From positions 1-41,106 of the forward strand of contig JAOUFU010000001.1 in NCBI GenBank assembly GCA_029858035.1: a DNA stretch of 41,106 bases. The letters run 5' to 3'. Origin of the DNA: Phycisphaerae bacterium. Its GTDB lineage: Bacteria > Planctomycetota > Phycisphaerae > Sedimentisphaerales > Anaerobacaceae. How positions within the stretch are numbered: position 1 is the first letter of the stretch; the number at the start of each line of letters is the position of its first letter. Both the position numbers and the translations under genes were made by a program. Shown in pieces: positions 17,115 through 25,080 of this stretch. Below the pieces are notes generated by a model. It searched no databases. It saw only the letters and a list, made by a program, of their open reading frames with translations, and was not told the origin of the DNA.

Positions 17115-18605
17115 ATGGGGAATATATGGTCGACAAATGAATCCGTTTTTTTTGTTGGCGGACGCGGCACGAAAGCCGGTGACGCCAATGCCGGCGGCGG
17201 CTGCACAAAGGATGTATGGGGCGATTTGAAATCGCCTAACTTGTCGCTTTCAGATGTAATGGGGACAAATGGAGAGCCGGTTTCTGACCCGTCTGCCTGG
17301 AACGGCTCTGCAACGGCTTGTACTGTTACTCAGAGTTCGGCTGGTAAGCTACTTATAACTAAGACGGGGGCTTTTACCAACGTTATTGCAGAACTCATCG
17401 CTAATGTAAATTTTTCGTCTGTCTATGGTGATGGCCGGTTCAGGGTAAACGCTGCACAATTAACCCCTAATACGATTGAAATCGAATATCCTTACTCTGT
17501 GGATAATACCTGTGACGTAAAAGTAGGCGGTGCTTTTGATAAACTACAGACGGCTTTGGATAATACGACAGCCGACCAGACATCCTATAACGATGTTAAT
17601 ATCCTGACAAATAAATCAATGACATTTTCAGGGACGGGAGACCGAATAGACATTGATGCAGGCGGAGGTAATGGCAACGCTGGCACCTGGAAACGTATAA
17701 TAGGCATTGACGATAATGGAGTAGAGCTTGCTGCTGGTTCTTACGTCCAGTTTGATGCTAACGGTTATGCCTGCCATGTGTTTAAGGTTTTGAATGTTCA
17801 TTGTATTGAGTTTAGACATATCTGTGTTAGCGATGCTGCTAATACCCACTATGGTTTTTATATTACGGCTACAGGCTATTACCAAGGCTTCTTATTGAAA
17901 GACTGTAAGTCTACAGGCTGTAAGTATGGGGTGTATAGCGATACTTTCTATATTAGAGGACTGATCATAATGGGTGGTTACTACAGTTCAGCTACAGGTC
18001 CCGCTCTTTGCTTTCAAGCTTGTCGATGGGTTAATGTATTAGGGGTTGAGTTAGTGGGAAGTTTGGCAGGAGCGTTGATAGACGGGGATGTGATAGGGAC
18101 GTTGCTTGTTGACGGCTGTGTCCTTCGTAAGACAGGCAACTACAGCTTAGGTATACACTCTAACAATTGGGACACTTTTCTTGTTATACGCAACTGTGTG
18201 TTTTATGACATTGATGATTGTATAAAGCTGAATGATGCCGAGTCCCGACTGGTTCAGCACAACAACATTTTCTTATTGCACACTGCCGCCACAGGTGAGG
18301 TCATAAATAGAGTAGCGGGCAGTATTATGTATAGCGATTACAGTTGTGCCTGGGCGATTGATGGAGAACCAATGGCTTCCGGTCGTTGGGGAGGAAATGG
18401 TCTGCCGGAACATGCTATTGAACAAGATCCTCAATTCGTGGATGCGGATAATGGTGATTTCAGGCCACGGAATCAAAATGTTTTGCGAGGAGGCAAGCCT
18501 GATATAGCTGACAATGAAACTGAGATGGGGGCTATTTTGCAGAAATACCAGTTTGCAAGGCGGGCAAAAGCGGCGAATTTTGGCAGGCTGCAAATCATGC
18601 GATAG
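17115..18605 (+). CDS. Right-handed parallel beta-helix protein, tailspike/depolymerase-like
   Basis: 496 aa with repetitive G/N/C-containing coils (CIEFRHICVSDA..., GFLLKDCKSTGCKYGVYSD..., FLVIRNCVFYDIDDCIKLND...). The C-terminal EQDPQFVDADNGDFRPRNQNVLRGG is the ending typical of Beta_helix/pectate-lyase-fold proteins. Confidence 0.6.
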   Translation: MGNIWSTNESVFFVGGRGTKAGDANAGGGCTKDVWGDLKSPNLSLSDVMGTNGEPVSDPSAWNGSATACTVTQSSAGKLLITKTGAFTNVIAELIANVNFSSVYGDGRFRVNAAQLTPNTIEIEYPYSVDNTCDVKVGGAFDKLQTALDNTTADQTSYNDVNILTNKSMTFSGTGDRIDIDAGGGNGNAGTWKRIIGIDDNGVELAAGSYVQFDANGYACHVFKVLNVHCIEFRHICVSDAANTHYGFYITATGYYQGFLLKDCKSTGCKYGVYSDTFYIRGLIIMGGYYSSATGPALCFQACRWVNVLGVELVGSLAGALIDGDVIGTLLVDGCVLRKTGNYSLGIHSNNWDTFLVIRNCVFYDIDDCIKLNDAESRLVQHNNIFLLHTAATGEVINRVAGSIMYSDYSCAWAIDGEPMASGRWGGNGLPEHAIEQDPQFVDADNGDFRPRNQNVLRGGKPDIADNETEMGAILQKYQFARRAKAANFGRLQIMR

Positions 18606-18615
18606 GAGTTAAACA

Positions 18616-19059
18616 ATGGCAAATACCGCGATCGAAATACCTTTTTATGTTTCAAATGATGGAGAGCCACTCACTGGTGCAGCAGCCCAAATGGACTTTG
18701 AAAGCTTAAAGACATTGGCAGGTACCGACAAGTCGGGCAGCGCCCCGACAATTGGCGAAATCGGCGACGGCTGGTATAAGTTCAGCGTTGCGTACGGAAC
18801 GGCACCGTTTGATTCAGGCGATCTTGTGGGGGTTGTAGACGCCGACAAAAATGGGAATAACAACTTGGCTAATGCTGAGCGATATATTCCTATAGAGGTT
18901 CGGTTGGATTTTTACGCATTGATGCGGTTGGTCAATAAAATGAGCCAGAACAAGACAACGGGTGATATGGCTATAAAAGATTCTACCGGCAACACGATTT
19001 TGGAGTTGAGTATTGCTGATGGCGAGAACACCTTGGACCGAGAACCTGGGATTGCTTGA
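18616..19059 (+). CDS. Hypothetical virion protein
   Basis: 147 aa with RBS TAGGAG. No family recognised. Confidence 0.4.
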   Translation: MANTAIEIPFYVSNDGEPLTGAAAQMDFESLKTLAGTDKSGSAPTIGEIGDGWYKFSVAYGTAPFDSGDLVGVVDADKNGNNNLANAERYIPIEVRLDFYALMRLVNKMSQNKTTGDMAIKDSTGNTILELSIADGENTLDREPGIA

Positions 19060-19061
19060 TA

Positions 19062-19748
19062 ATGGATGCTAAATTTTTCGAAAGTTTATATGAAGGTGAC
19101 TCGGCAGATGGTGTCAAAGTTGGGATGGGCTTGACCGGAGGGGATTTTTGGCCTCGCATAGCCGGTTGCTCTATGCTCTATCGTGGGACCGCCATGAACC
19201 TGATAGATTTTACGAACATACTGGCCGTGTCTGAGGCAGAGGCTTCTGAAATTTCGCCGCCAATTTATGCTTCACACGATAATGGGTCGATATATTTCTA
19301 CGTTATTCGTCGGGCCAATAATTTCGGCCGTGAAGAACGTACTTTAGCTGCTGCGGTCAAGGTTTCAATAGATGCCAGTGGTGATCTGGCGCAGCCGCAG
19401 CCCAATAGTGTTTTCGAGACAGGAGCCGAGCAGGTGGATGGCAGTAAAGTACAGCTTGTCTGGTATTATTGCCCCATCGAACAACAGTCACCACCGGTGT
19501 GTTTCAATGTTTATTATGATGCTGGTACAGGGCAAATCGATTATGAAGACCCAATTGCTACGATTAGCTATGTCGGCCGGATGTTTTACATTTATAAAAG
19601 TGGTCCACTCAACACCGGCAAATATCTGTTTGCCATAAGGGTTGAAGATTCTGCTGGAATGGAAAATGCTTCATTGGCCCGGATAAAGATCGAGCTTAAT
19701 ATCGCAAGTCCCGGTGTTATCAATATTCTTAGCGCCAAAGCGGTTTAA
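19062..19748 (+). CDS. FN3/Ig-like virion protein, paralogous module to ORF 15199..15975
   Basis: 228 aa from ATG 19062. Contains VYYDAGTGQIDYEDPIA and GKYLFAIRVEDSAGMEN, which mirror VYFDNGTGEIDYDKAL and GIYKYAIKVTDEVGNES. Confidence 0.5.
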   Translation: MDAKFFESLYEGDSADGVKVGMGLTGGDFWPRIAGCSMLYRGTAMNLIDFTNILAVSEAEASEISPPIYASHDNGSIYFYVIRRANNFGREERTLAAAVKVSIDASGDLAQPQPNSVFETGAEQVDGSKVQLVWYYCPIEQQSPPVCFNVYYDAGTGQIDYEDPIATISYVGRMFYIYKSGPLNTGKYLFAIRVEDSAGMENASLARIKIELNIASPGVINILSAKAV

Positions 19749-19830
19749 TGAGAAACATGAATGAAACTGTGGCTTGACTTCCGTGACATGGGGCACAAGC
19801 TACAAAGTTACGAATCACGAGATACAAGGT

Positions 19831-21669
19831 ATGTCTAACAGGATTGACTTTTTCCAGTCAACTCAAACGCAAATGGTGCTTCCCGCGTCTTCTGTATCGA
19901 TTTTAGTCGGCGGTAAGTTGTGTCCTTTTCTTGAGCCAATAGAAATTGTGCGCAGTGGTTGGCCGGAGTTTAGCTGGGCCAGATTAGCTTATAATCCTGC
20001 TGCGTACGCGAACGCCGACACGGTCGTTGCTGAAGATATTGAGACCGAACTTGCAATGGGAGAGCACGTTTGCATCCAGCAAATTTATAACGGTATCCCG
20101 CCGGGCGCGGCAGCTTTTGCATTATCACTTTTTGAGGGGCAAATAGAGGGCATAGAGACAGAGATTGTGCCTAACGGCGAAAGGGTTGAAATCGTTGTGA
20201 AAGATTTTAGCGCAAACCTGAAACGCATCACCGTCTATGGCCGGCGAGTCGACGATTCAGACGGCACGAGTTTGTTTTTGGCTGGTATTGATACCGTATT
20301 TAATCCTGATGGCAAGACCAATGCCAATCCGGAGCCGATACAAGTTAACGGCAAGAGCTATACAGTTTTTTGTGCCGAACCGTCTCAAGGCTGGCCTTGG
20401 AGCTCCGCGGAGGTGATTGATTACCTTCTCTGTGAATATTTGCCGGGCGGCCAATTGCAGACGCCGGGAATTGAGCAGCTGCGGGCGCTGACCGAGAACC
20501 AAACAGTTCGAGATCTTGATGTGACCGGTTTGAATCTGATAGAAGCTCTGCATCGTTGCTGCGAGAGGATTGGCTTAAGATTCAAATTTGTTCCCCGGCC
20601 TGTGCCGACCGGCCCCGGCCAGGCGATTGTGTTCTATAAGGGTGGTACTGGCAGAGCAGTCGAGTTAAATTGTCAGCGTACTGGTGAGCAGTTTAGCATA
20701 TCAAAAACAAATATCGCAACTTTGAGCAGGAGGGGAAATTTTTGGCCGGTGACACATAAATATATAGGCCAGGGTGATTTCAAAGTTTATGAAGGGACCT
20801 TCGAACTGGTAAAGGCTTGGGATACTGCTGATGAGGATACCGATTATGATAAGTTCTCTCCTTCGACAAACCCTGATTTTCACCAGGCCAAGGATGTATA
20901 TCGTAAGTGGTGCCTCAATGAAGCAAGCGACTATAGCGGTGCTCCATACAATCAGGGTAATGCATTTGATTTTTCAAAGGTTTTCGGGAGTGGGAATTTT
21001 ATGTGCCGTCGCAGGCGCTTTTGGCCGGCCCTCACCACTGACAAACAGGGCAGGTCGCTGGGCTATTTTTTACAGGTATCGTTCGATAACGGCTTGCATT
21101 GGTGGCAGTACCTTTATGCTTTCAATAACCTGCTCGATGAATGTGGAGTTTGGCTTAGCAGTGACCGGCTTGATGTTAACACTTGGATAGCAGCTCTGAA
21201 GGGCGTTTTGAAGTTCAGAATAACTGCATCAGTTGTCAGCGATGAGAGATTAAATTGTTTGTTAGCAGACGGCCCTGTCGGCTCAACAGCACCTGTGGTT
21301 GAGCATATAATTACCCTGCCTCGTCAGTTCAAGTATCGCAAGATATCAGGCCGAAGTATCTTTGCAAATATCAACGATGATGCGCTGGGCGCTCCGGATG
21401 AGGTGGATGATTCTACTGCGTTATATGAATTAGTGCGGAAAAGAGCCCAGACTGGTTCTGAGGTTATCCAGATAACATCTGTGCAGACGCCGCACCTGGT
21501 CTTTGATTATAGAGTTGGCGACAGGGTGATGTCCAGCCCTGAGAGTAGAGATCTGTTGGGTTGTAAGAGTGATAACCGAAGTACAAGCTGGATAGAGCGG
21601 GTGCAGATGGATTTTACAAAGCAGTGTACGAATTTAAAAATCGTTCGTAAAAGGATACCACAGTTATGA
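19831..21669 (+). CDS. Large hypothetical tail protein (hub or nozzle candidate)
   Basis: 612 aa from ATG 19831 (MSNRIDFFQST...); the ORF track starts at TTG 19774. It is the largest product of the cluster. The segment LFEGQIEGIETEIVPNGERVEIVVKDFSANLKRITVYGR weakly recalls gpD/Mu gp44-type hub proteins. No P-loop is present. Confidence 0.4.
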   Translation: MSNRIDFFQSTQTQMVLPASSVSILVGGKLCPFLEPIEIVRSGWPEFSWARLAYNPAAYANADTVVAEDIETELAMGEHVCIQQIYNGIPPGAAAFALSLFEGQIEGIETEIVPNGERVEIVVKDFSANLKRITVYGRRVDDSDGTSLFLAGIDTVFNPDGKTNANPEPIQVNGKSYTVFCAEPSQGWPWSSAEVIDYLLCEYLPGGQLQTPGIEQLRALTENQTVRDLDVTGLNLIEALHRCCERIGLRFKFVPRPVPTGPGQAIVFYKGGTGRAVELNCQRTGEQFSISKTNIATLSRRGNFWPVTHKYIGQGDFKVYEGTFELVKAWDTADEDTDYDKFSPSTNPDFHQAKDVYRKWCLNEASDYSGAPYNQGNAFDFSKVFGSGNFMCRRRRFWPALTTDKQGRSLGYFLQVSFDNGLHWWQYLYAFNNLLDECGVWLSSDRLDVNTWIAALKGVLKFRITASVVSDERLNCLLADGPVGSTAPVVEHIITLPRQFKYRKISGRSIFANINDDALGAPDEVDDSTALYELVRKRAQTGSEVIQITSVQTPHLVFDYRVGDRVMSSPESRDLLGCKSDNRSTSWIERVQMDFTKQCTNLKIVRKRIPQL

Positions 21670-22001
21670 GTAATGGACGGGAGAACACAAGCAACCGAGA
21701 GCTATTGGAAAGGTTAGCCAGAGAAGGTACCCAGGCTGAGCGGGAAGTATCTATTGTTACCTCACCCGGCGCCAGAGAGTCCGGCTGGGCGATTAAAGTG
21801 AAGAGTCATAGCTCCTACAATGTCTATAACGTCATCGCTGTTGAGATAGGAGATGCAGGCTCACTGCCGGTCGAAATCGGCCAGCAGATGCAGGCGGTCA
21901 ATCTTGCTGAGTCGTTTCTTCAGGCGGGAACGCTGTCGGCGGGGACGTATGCGGTAATGCTTAGGGTCGGTGATAAGAACGTTTTCTATGCTGAGCCGTG
22001 A
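21666..22001 (+). CDS. Hypothetical small protein
   Basis: 111 aa, with an ATGA overlap with the preceding stop codon. Confidence 0.4.
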   Translation: MSNGRENTSNRELLERLAREGTQAEREVSIVTSPGARESGWAIKVKSHSSYNVYNVIAVEIGDAGSLPVEIGQQMQAVNLAESFLQAGTLSAGTYAVMLRVGDKNVFYAEP

Positions 22002-22419
22002 AATTGGAGATGACAGACGTGAGACAAAAGATGAGGGACGTTTATCTGAACCTGTGCCATTAGGACAAATCCTTCCAGAAGTCATGAGAAATATAAAGGA
22101 ACGAGTTGAAGCTAATAGCGAAATGAATGATGCCAAATTTGAAAAGCCACGAGGCTGGGAGTTTAATAGGCAGATAAATGTCTCTGTGCTGGTTCAGTTG
22201 GTTTTTCTTGGATCTTTGATTGTGGGTAGCTGGGTCAATCTGCAGAGACAACTTGACCTGTTACAGCACGATGTGACGTATCTGTGTCAGTGCCAAAAGA
22301 ATTTTGATGTAAAACTGGAGTCGCTTTCGGCAACGAGCATTTCCTACGAATACCGCCTTCGTGCACTCGAGAAATATTCTTCTAAGGCCGATATCGCGGA
22401 TGGATATTTAAGACCTTGA
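21988..22419 (+). CDS. Membrane-anchored coiled-coil protein, last gene of the cluster
   Basis: 143 aa from ATG 21988. It has a single hydrophobic span (VSVLVQLVFLGSLIVGSWVNL) followed by a heptad-like segment (QRQLDLLQHDVTYL...LRALEK). Confidence 0.4.
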   Translation: MLSREIGDDRRETKDEGRLSEPVPLGQILPEVMRNIKERVEANSEMNDAKFEKPRGWEFNRQINVSVLVQLVFLGSLIVGSWVNLQRQLDLLQHDVTYLCQCQKNFDVKLESLSATSISYEYRLRALEKYSSKADIADGYLRP

Positions 22420-22530
22420 TTGGTAAGGAGAACCAACAGCCATTGTTACTATTGGCAAATCGGAAAGAAAGTGAAAGGTGCTATCGCGTTGATATAGCAG
22501 ATTTACACGATCATACGTGTGATTAATTGT

Positions 22531-22698
22531 ATGGACTGCGGATTTTGTATGGTAGAATGCTTCTCATGTCGACAGTTTGACCGAGTTGCCAAAAATCTGC
22601 GAATCAAGGGTTGCATTCAGTGCGGTAAGTGTTTTCGACTAAAGTTTTGTATGGGTTGGCGTCATAGATTTTGGTGTCGTATCATCTTGGAGAGTTAA
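22531..22698 (+). CDS. Possible Cys-rich mini-protein (55 aa), not in the ORF track
   Basis: My own translation gives MDCGFCMVECFSCRQFDRVAKNLRIKGCIQCGKCFRLKFCMGWRHRFWCRIILES, with 10 Cys and the motifs CxxCxxxCxxC and CxxCxxC. The stop lies 4 nt before the DUF523 ATG. There is no clear RBS, so coding status is uncertain. Confidence 0.25.
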   Translation: MDCGFCMVECFSCRQFDRVAKNLRIKGCIQCGKCFRLKFCMGWRHRFWCRIILES

Positions 22699-22702
22699 TA
22701 GT

Positions 22703-23161
22703 ATGGCAGGCAAGAGCCAGGATCGCAATGGTTACCTGTTTGATTGCGGGATCAATTTCGAACCTGTGCTTGTCAGCGCCTGTTTGCTTGGGATTCCGTG
22801 TCGTTGGCGCGGACGTAAACCAAAGAAACGCGAGAAACTAATCGATCGTCTGAAGAAAAGATATGCTCTTGTTCCCGTTTGTCCGGAACAGCTCGGTGGT
22901 ATGCCAACACCGAGAACTAGTGAAAGGCTCGAAGGCAGCGGTGCGGAGGTTCTTGATGGCAAACTGCGAATAATCGCACCAGAAACAGGACAAGACGTAA
23001 CCAGATTTCATGTCAATGGTGCCAAGCACACATTGGAGATCGCAAAAATTGTAGGTGCTCGCCGAGCCTACTTGAAGGGTGGAAGTCCTTCCTGTGACAG
23101 AGAAGGTGTGGCCGGTGAAATACTCAGGCGCGGAGGTATAAAGGTTATCCGTGTTCCATAA
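22703..23161 (+). CDS. DUF523 family protein (TudS-like [4Fe-4S] thiouracil-desulfidase family)
   Basis: 152 aa carrying the conserved DUF523 motifs: LVSACLLGIPCRWRG, VPVCPEQLGGMPTPR and KGGSPSCD. Confidence 0.75.
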   Translation: MAGKSQDRNGYLFDCGINFEPVLVSACLLGIPCRWRGRKPKKREKLIDRLKKRYALVPVCPEQLGGMPTPRTSERLEGSGAEVLDGKLRIIAPETGQDVTRFHVNGAKHTLEIAKIVGARRAYLKGGSPSCDREGVAGEILRRGGIKVIRVP

Positions 23162-23255
23162 GGTCGATATGTTTTTCGATGAAGCAGTATAAACACATTT
23201 AGATTGGGGTTGATAATCCACAGTGATAGTTGAGTAGAGTTGCATAGCGTGACTG

Positions 23256-24350
23256 TTACCAGACGACACAGTTGCATTTTTTGGGTTCGCAGCGGTTTTT
23301 CAAGATCTCCCAGATTTCGCGCGTTTCTCTGCAGAGGCTGATAGAGACTTCTTTATCGAAGCTGCGAATCATATCAATTAGAAAGGAGTAGAAATTGATA
23401 CGTTCTTTTGGCGTATAACGCAGTTTACCATCGGCGCCTCCTTTAACGAATTTATGGTCGTAGAGCCTTCGAGCACGATTGCCATATGTGTCCATTGCAA
23501 GGCGAAAATGACCTGGCAGAAGCCTTAACATGCCGATTGTTATGTTTTCGGGCGTGGTTTGAGTTAGTGTTTTCTCGATTAGCTCGGCGTAGCCGGCCTG
23601 CCAGTTTTGATAGAGAATACCAGGATCAATACGAAACCGTATTCGCCAGCCTTTGTCCTGACAGAGTTTGGCAGCACTGATTCGCTCGCTGAGACTGGCC
23701 GTGCCCGGTTCGTAAAGTTCGACTGGCTTTTGAGCGTTGAGGCTCCAGGAAACGACTGTATGTTCATTCGGCTTGATGGCAAGCAGATTGTCGATATTGC
23801 TGCTCTTGGTTAACAGCATCAGGTAAGCATTGGAAAAACCGGAGAAAAATGGAACTAATTTATCTGTCAGATTGGTTATGTGGTCGAGTGCAAGACTATC
23901 GAGCATCTCACCCATGTTGAAGCTGATTTTGTTTCGTGTGAGGGAAATTGTCTTTCGTATTTGTTTGAACATTGTGTCGTAGTTGATATTTATCTTGATA
24001 AATGGGGAGTACTTGCGATACACGAACGCCAGATAACAATATGTACAATAATAGGGGCAGCCGTTCGAGATGGGCACCAGTTTATAGTAGGGACAACAAT
24101 GAAGATTAGCGCCGAGTCGACCGTCGAACCTTCCAACGAATGATGAGGTCTGGCCTATCATCAAGGTTCTTTTTCCGGCGAGCAATGCCTGGGCGGTGGA
24201 CATTTCCGGCGAAGGGGGCTTGCGTTGATGTTCTATTATCCGCACCTTGGCAGAAGGAAATAACCTCATGATTCGTTGAGCCTCAGGGTGGTCTGCGACT
24301 TTTTGCCATAGAAGTATGGTTTTAGGTTTGAATTTTCTTGCTATGTCCAT
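23256..24350 (-). CDS. Radical SAM protein, spore-photoproduct-lyase (SplB/COG1533) family
   Basis: 364 aa. The CxxxCxxC cluster is GCPYYCTYCYL, and the overall layout resembles SPL-family DNA-repair radical SAM enzymes (...NMGEMLDSL..., ...RIRFRIDP...). Confidence 0.7.
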   Translation of the reverse strand: MDIARKFKPKTILLWQKVADHPEAQRIMRLFPSAKVRIIEHQRKPPSPEMSTAQALLAGKRTLMIGQTSSFVGRFDGRLGANLHCCPYYKLVPISNGCPYYCTYCYLAFVYRKYSPFIKININYDTMFKQIRKTISLTRNKISFNMGEMLDSLALDHITNLTDKLVPFFSGFSNAYLMLLTKSSNIDNLLAIKPNEHTVVSWSLNAQKPVELYEPGTASLSERISAAKLCQDKGWRIRFRIDPGILYQNWQAGYAELIEKTLTQTTPENITIGMLRLLPGHFRLAMDTYGNRARRLYDHKFVKGGADGKLRYTPKERINFYSFLIDMIRSFDKEVSISLCRETREIWEILKNRCEPKKCNCVVW

Positions 24351-24419
24351 AGGCGAATCTCCGGTACTGACCGCGTAATGATATTATATCGAAACTATGT
24401 GAAATTAAGGGGTGAAAAG

Positions 24420-24998
24420 ATGAAAAAGTTTTTATCGATTTCAATTGTGCTCTGTTTGTTATTATGTGGATGTGACAGCCTGCGGTTTGCACCCGGCGAG
24501 GCACAGAAGCAAAACGCTTGGCTGCATAGTCGAACCGCGGCAATCGCTGCGGCGACAGCCGAAGACGAAGCTGCTTCGCAAAAGTTGCAGGCATTGGCCA
24601 AGCTGTCGCAGCTTCAGAGCAGGGCCATCACGTCATATTATGGCCTGCCGAAGGAGTTGCCGCAGGCTGATACCGCACAGCAGGTACTTAACGAATCGAG
24701 CTGGCAGCTTGGGAGGACGGCTCTGGCCGAATCGGCGGAACGGCCCGATGCCTGGCAGATGGCCGATAACGCGCTGGAGCTGGGTATCGGTATCTGTGCC
24801 CTACTGGGCGGAGTGTACGGCACAAGGGCTGTGAGGTTCTTAAAGCAGGCCAAAACAAAATCGAAGGCCCTGCAGGAGATTATCACCGGCAATGAGCTAT
24901 TCAAGGAACAGAACGAATCATCCGTCGCTGCCTTCAAACAAGCCCAGAAGCTGCAATCTCCCCAGACACGGCAAATCGTGGCGGAAGCGAAGGTGTGA
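24420..24998 (+). CDS. Putative lipoprotein with a C-terminal hydrophobic segment
   Basis: 192 aa from ATG 24420 (RBS AAGGGGTG). The signal and lipobox-like sequence is MKKFLSISIVLCLLLCGC. The rest is Ala/Gln-rich and helical, with LELGIGICALLGGVYG as the hydrophobic span. Confidence 0.55.
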   Translation: MKKFLSISIVLCLLLCGCDSLRFAPGEAQKQNAWLHSRTAAIAAATAEDEAASQKLQALAKLSQLQSRAITSYYGLPKELPQADTAQQVLNESSWQLGRTALAESAERPDAWQMADNALELGIGICALLGGVYGTRAVRFLKQAKTKSKALQEIITGNELFKEQNESSVAAFKQAQKLQSPQTRQIVAEAKV

Positions 24999-25080
24999 CT
25001 TGATGCTCCTCCGATGGTTTGCTGGTCAATATATGTATGGTTGCGACTCGGAGTCTTTTGTAAGTCTTGTGGCAGATTGG

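Larger units (their letters stand above)
10723..22419 (+). mobile_element. Phage-derived structural-gene island (portal to tail only; no terminase, integrase, replication or lysis enzymes recognisable)
   Basis: Fourteen co-directional ORFs with internal gaps of no more than about 125 nt and several start/stop overlaps (12291/12294, 17113/17115, 19059/19062, 21666/21669, 21988/22001). Portal, scaffold, capsid and tailspike-like products are recognisable, and both flanks are cellular genes. Confidence 0.7.

Noticed and set aside
15199-21669. Diversity-generating retroelement or hypervariable tail-fibre cassette.
   Set aside because: There is no reverse transcriptase gene, and no template/variable repeat pair is evident in or after the tail genes.
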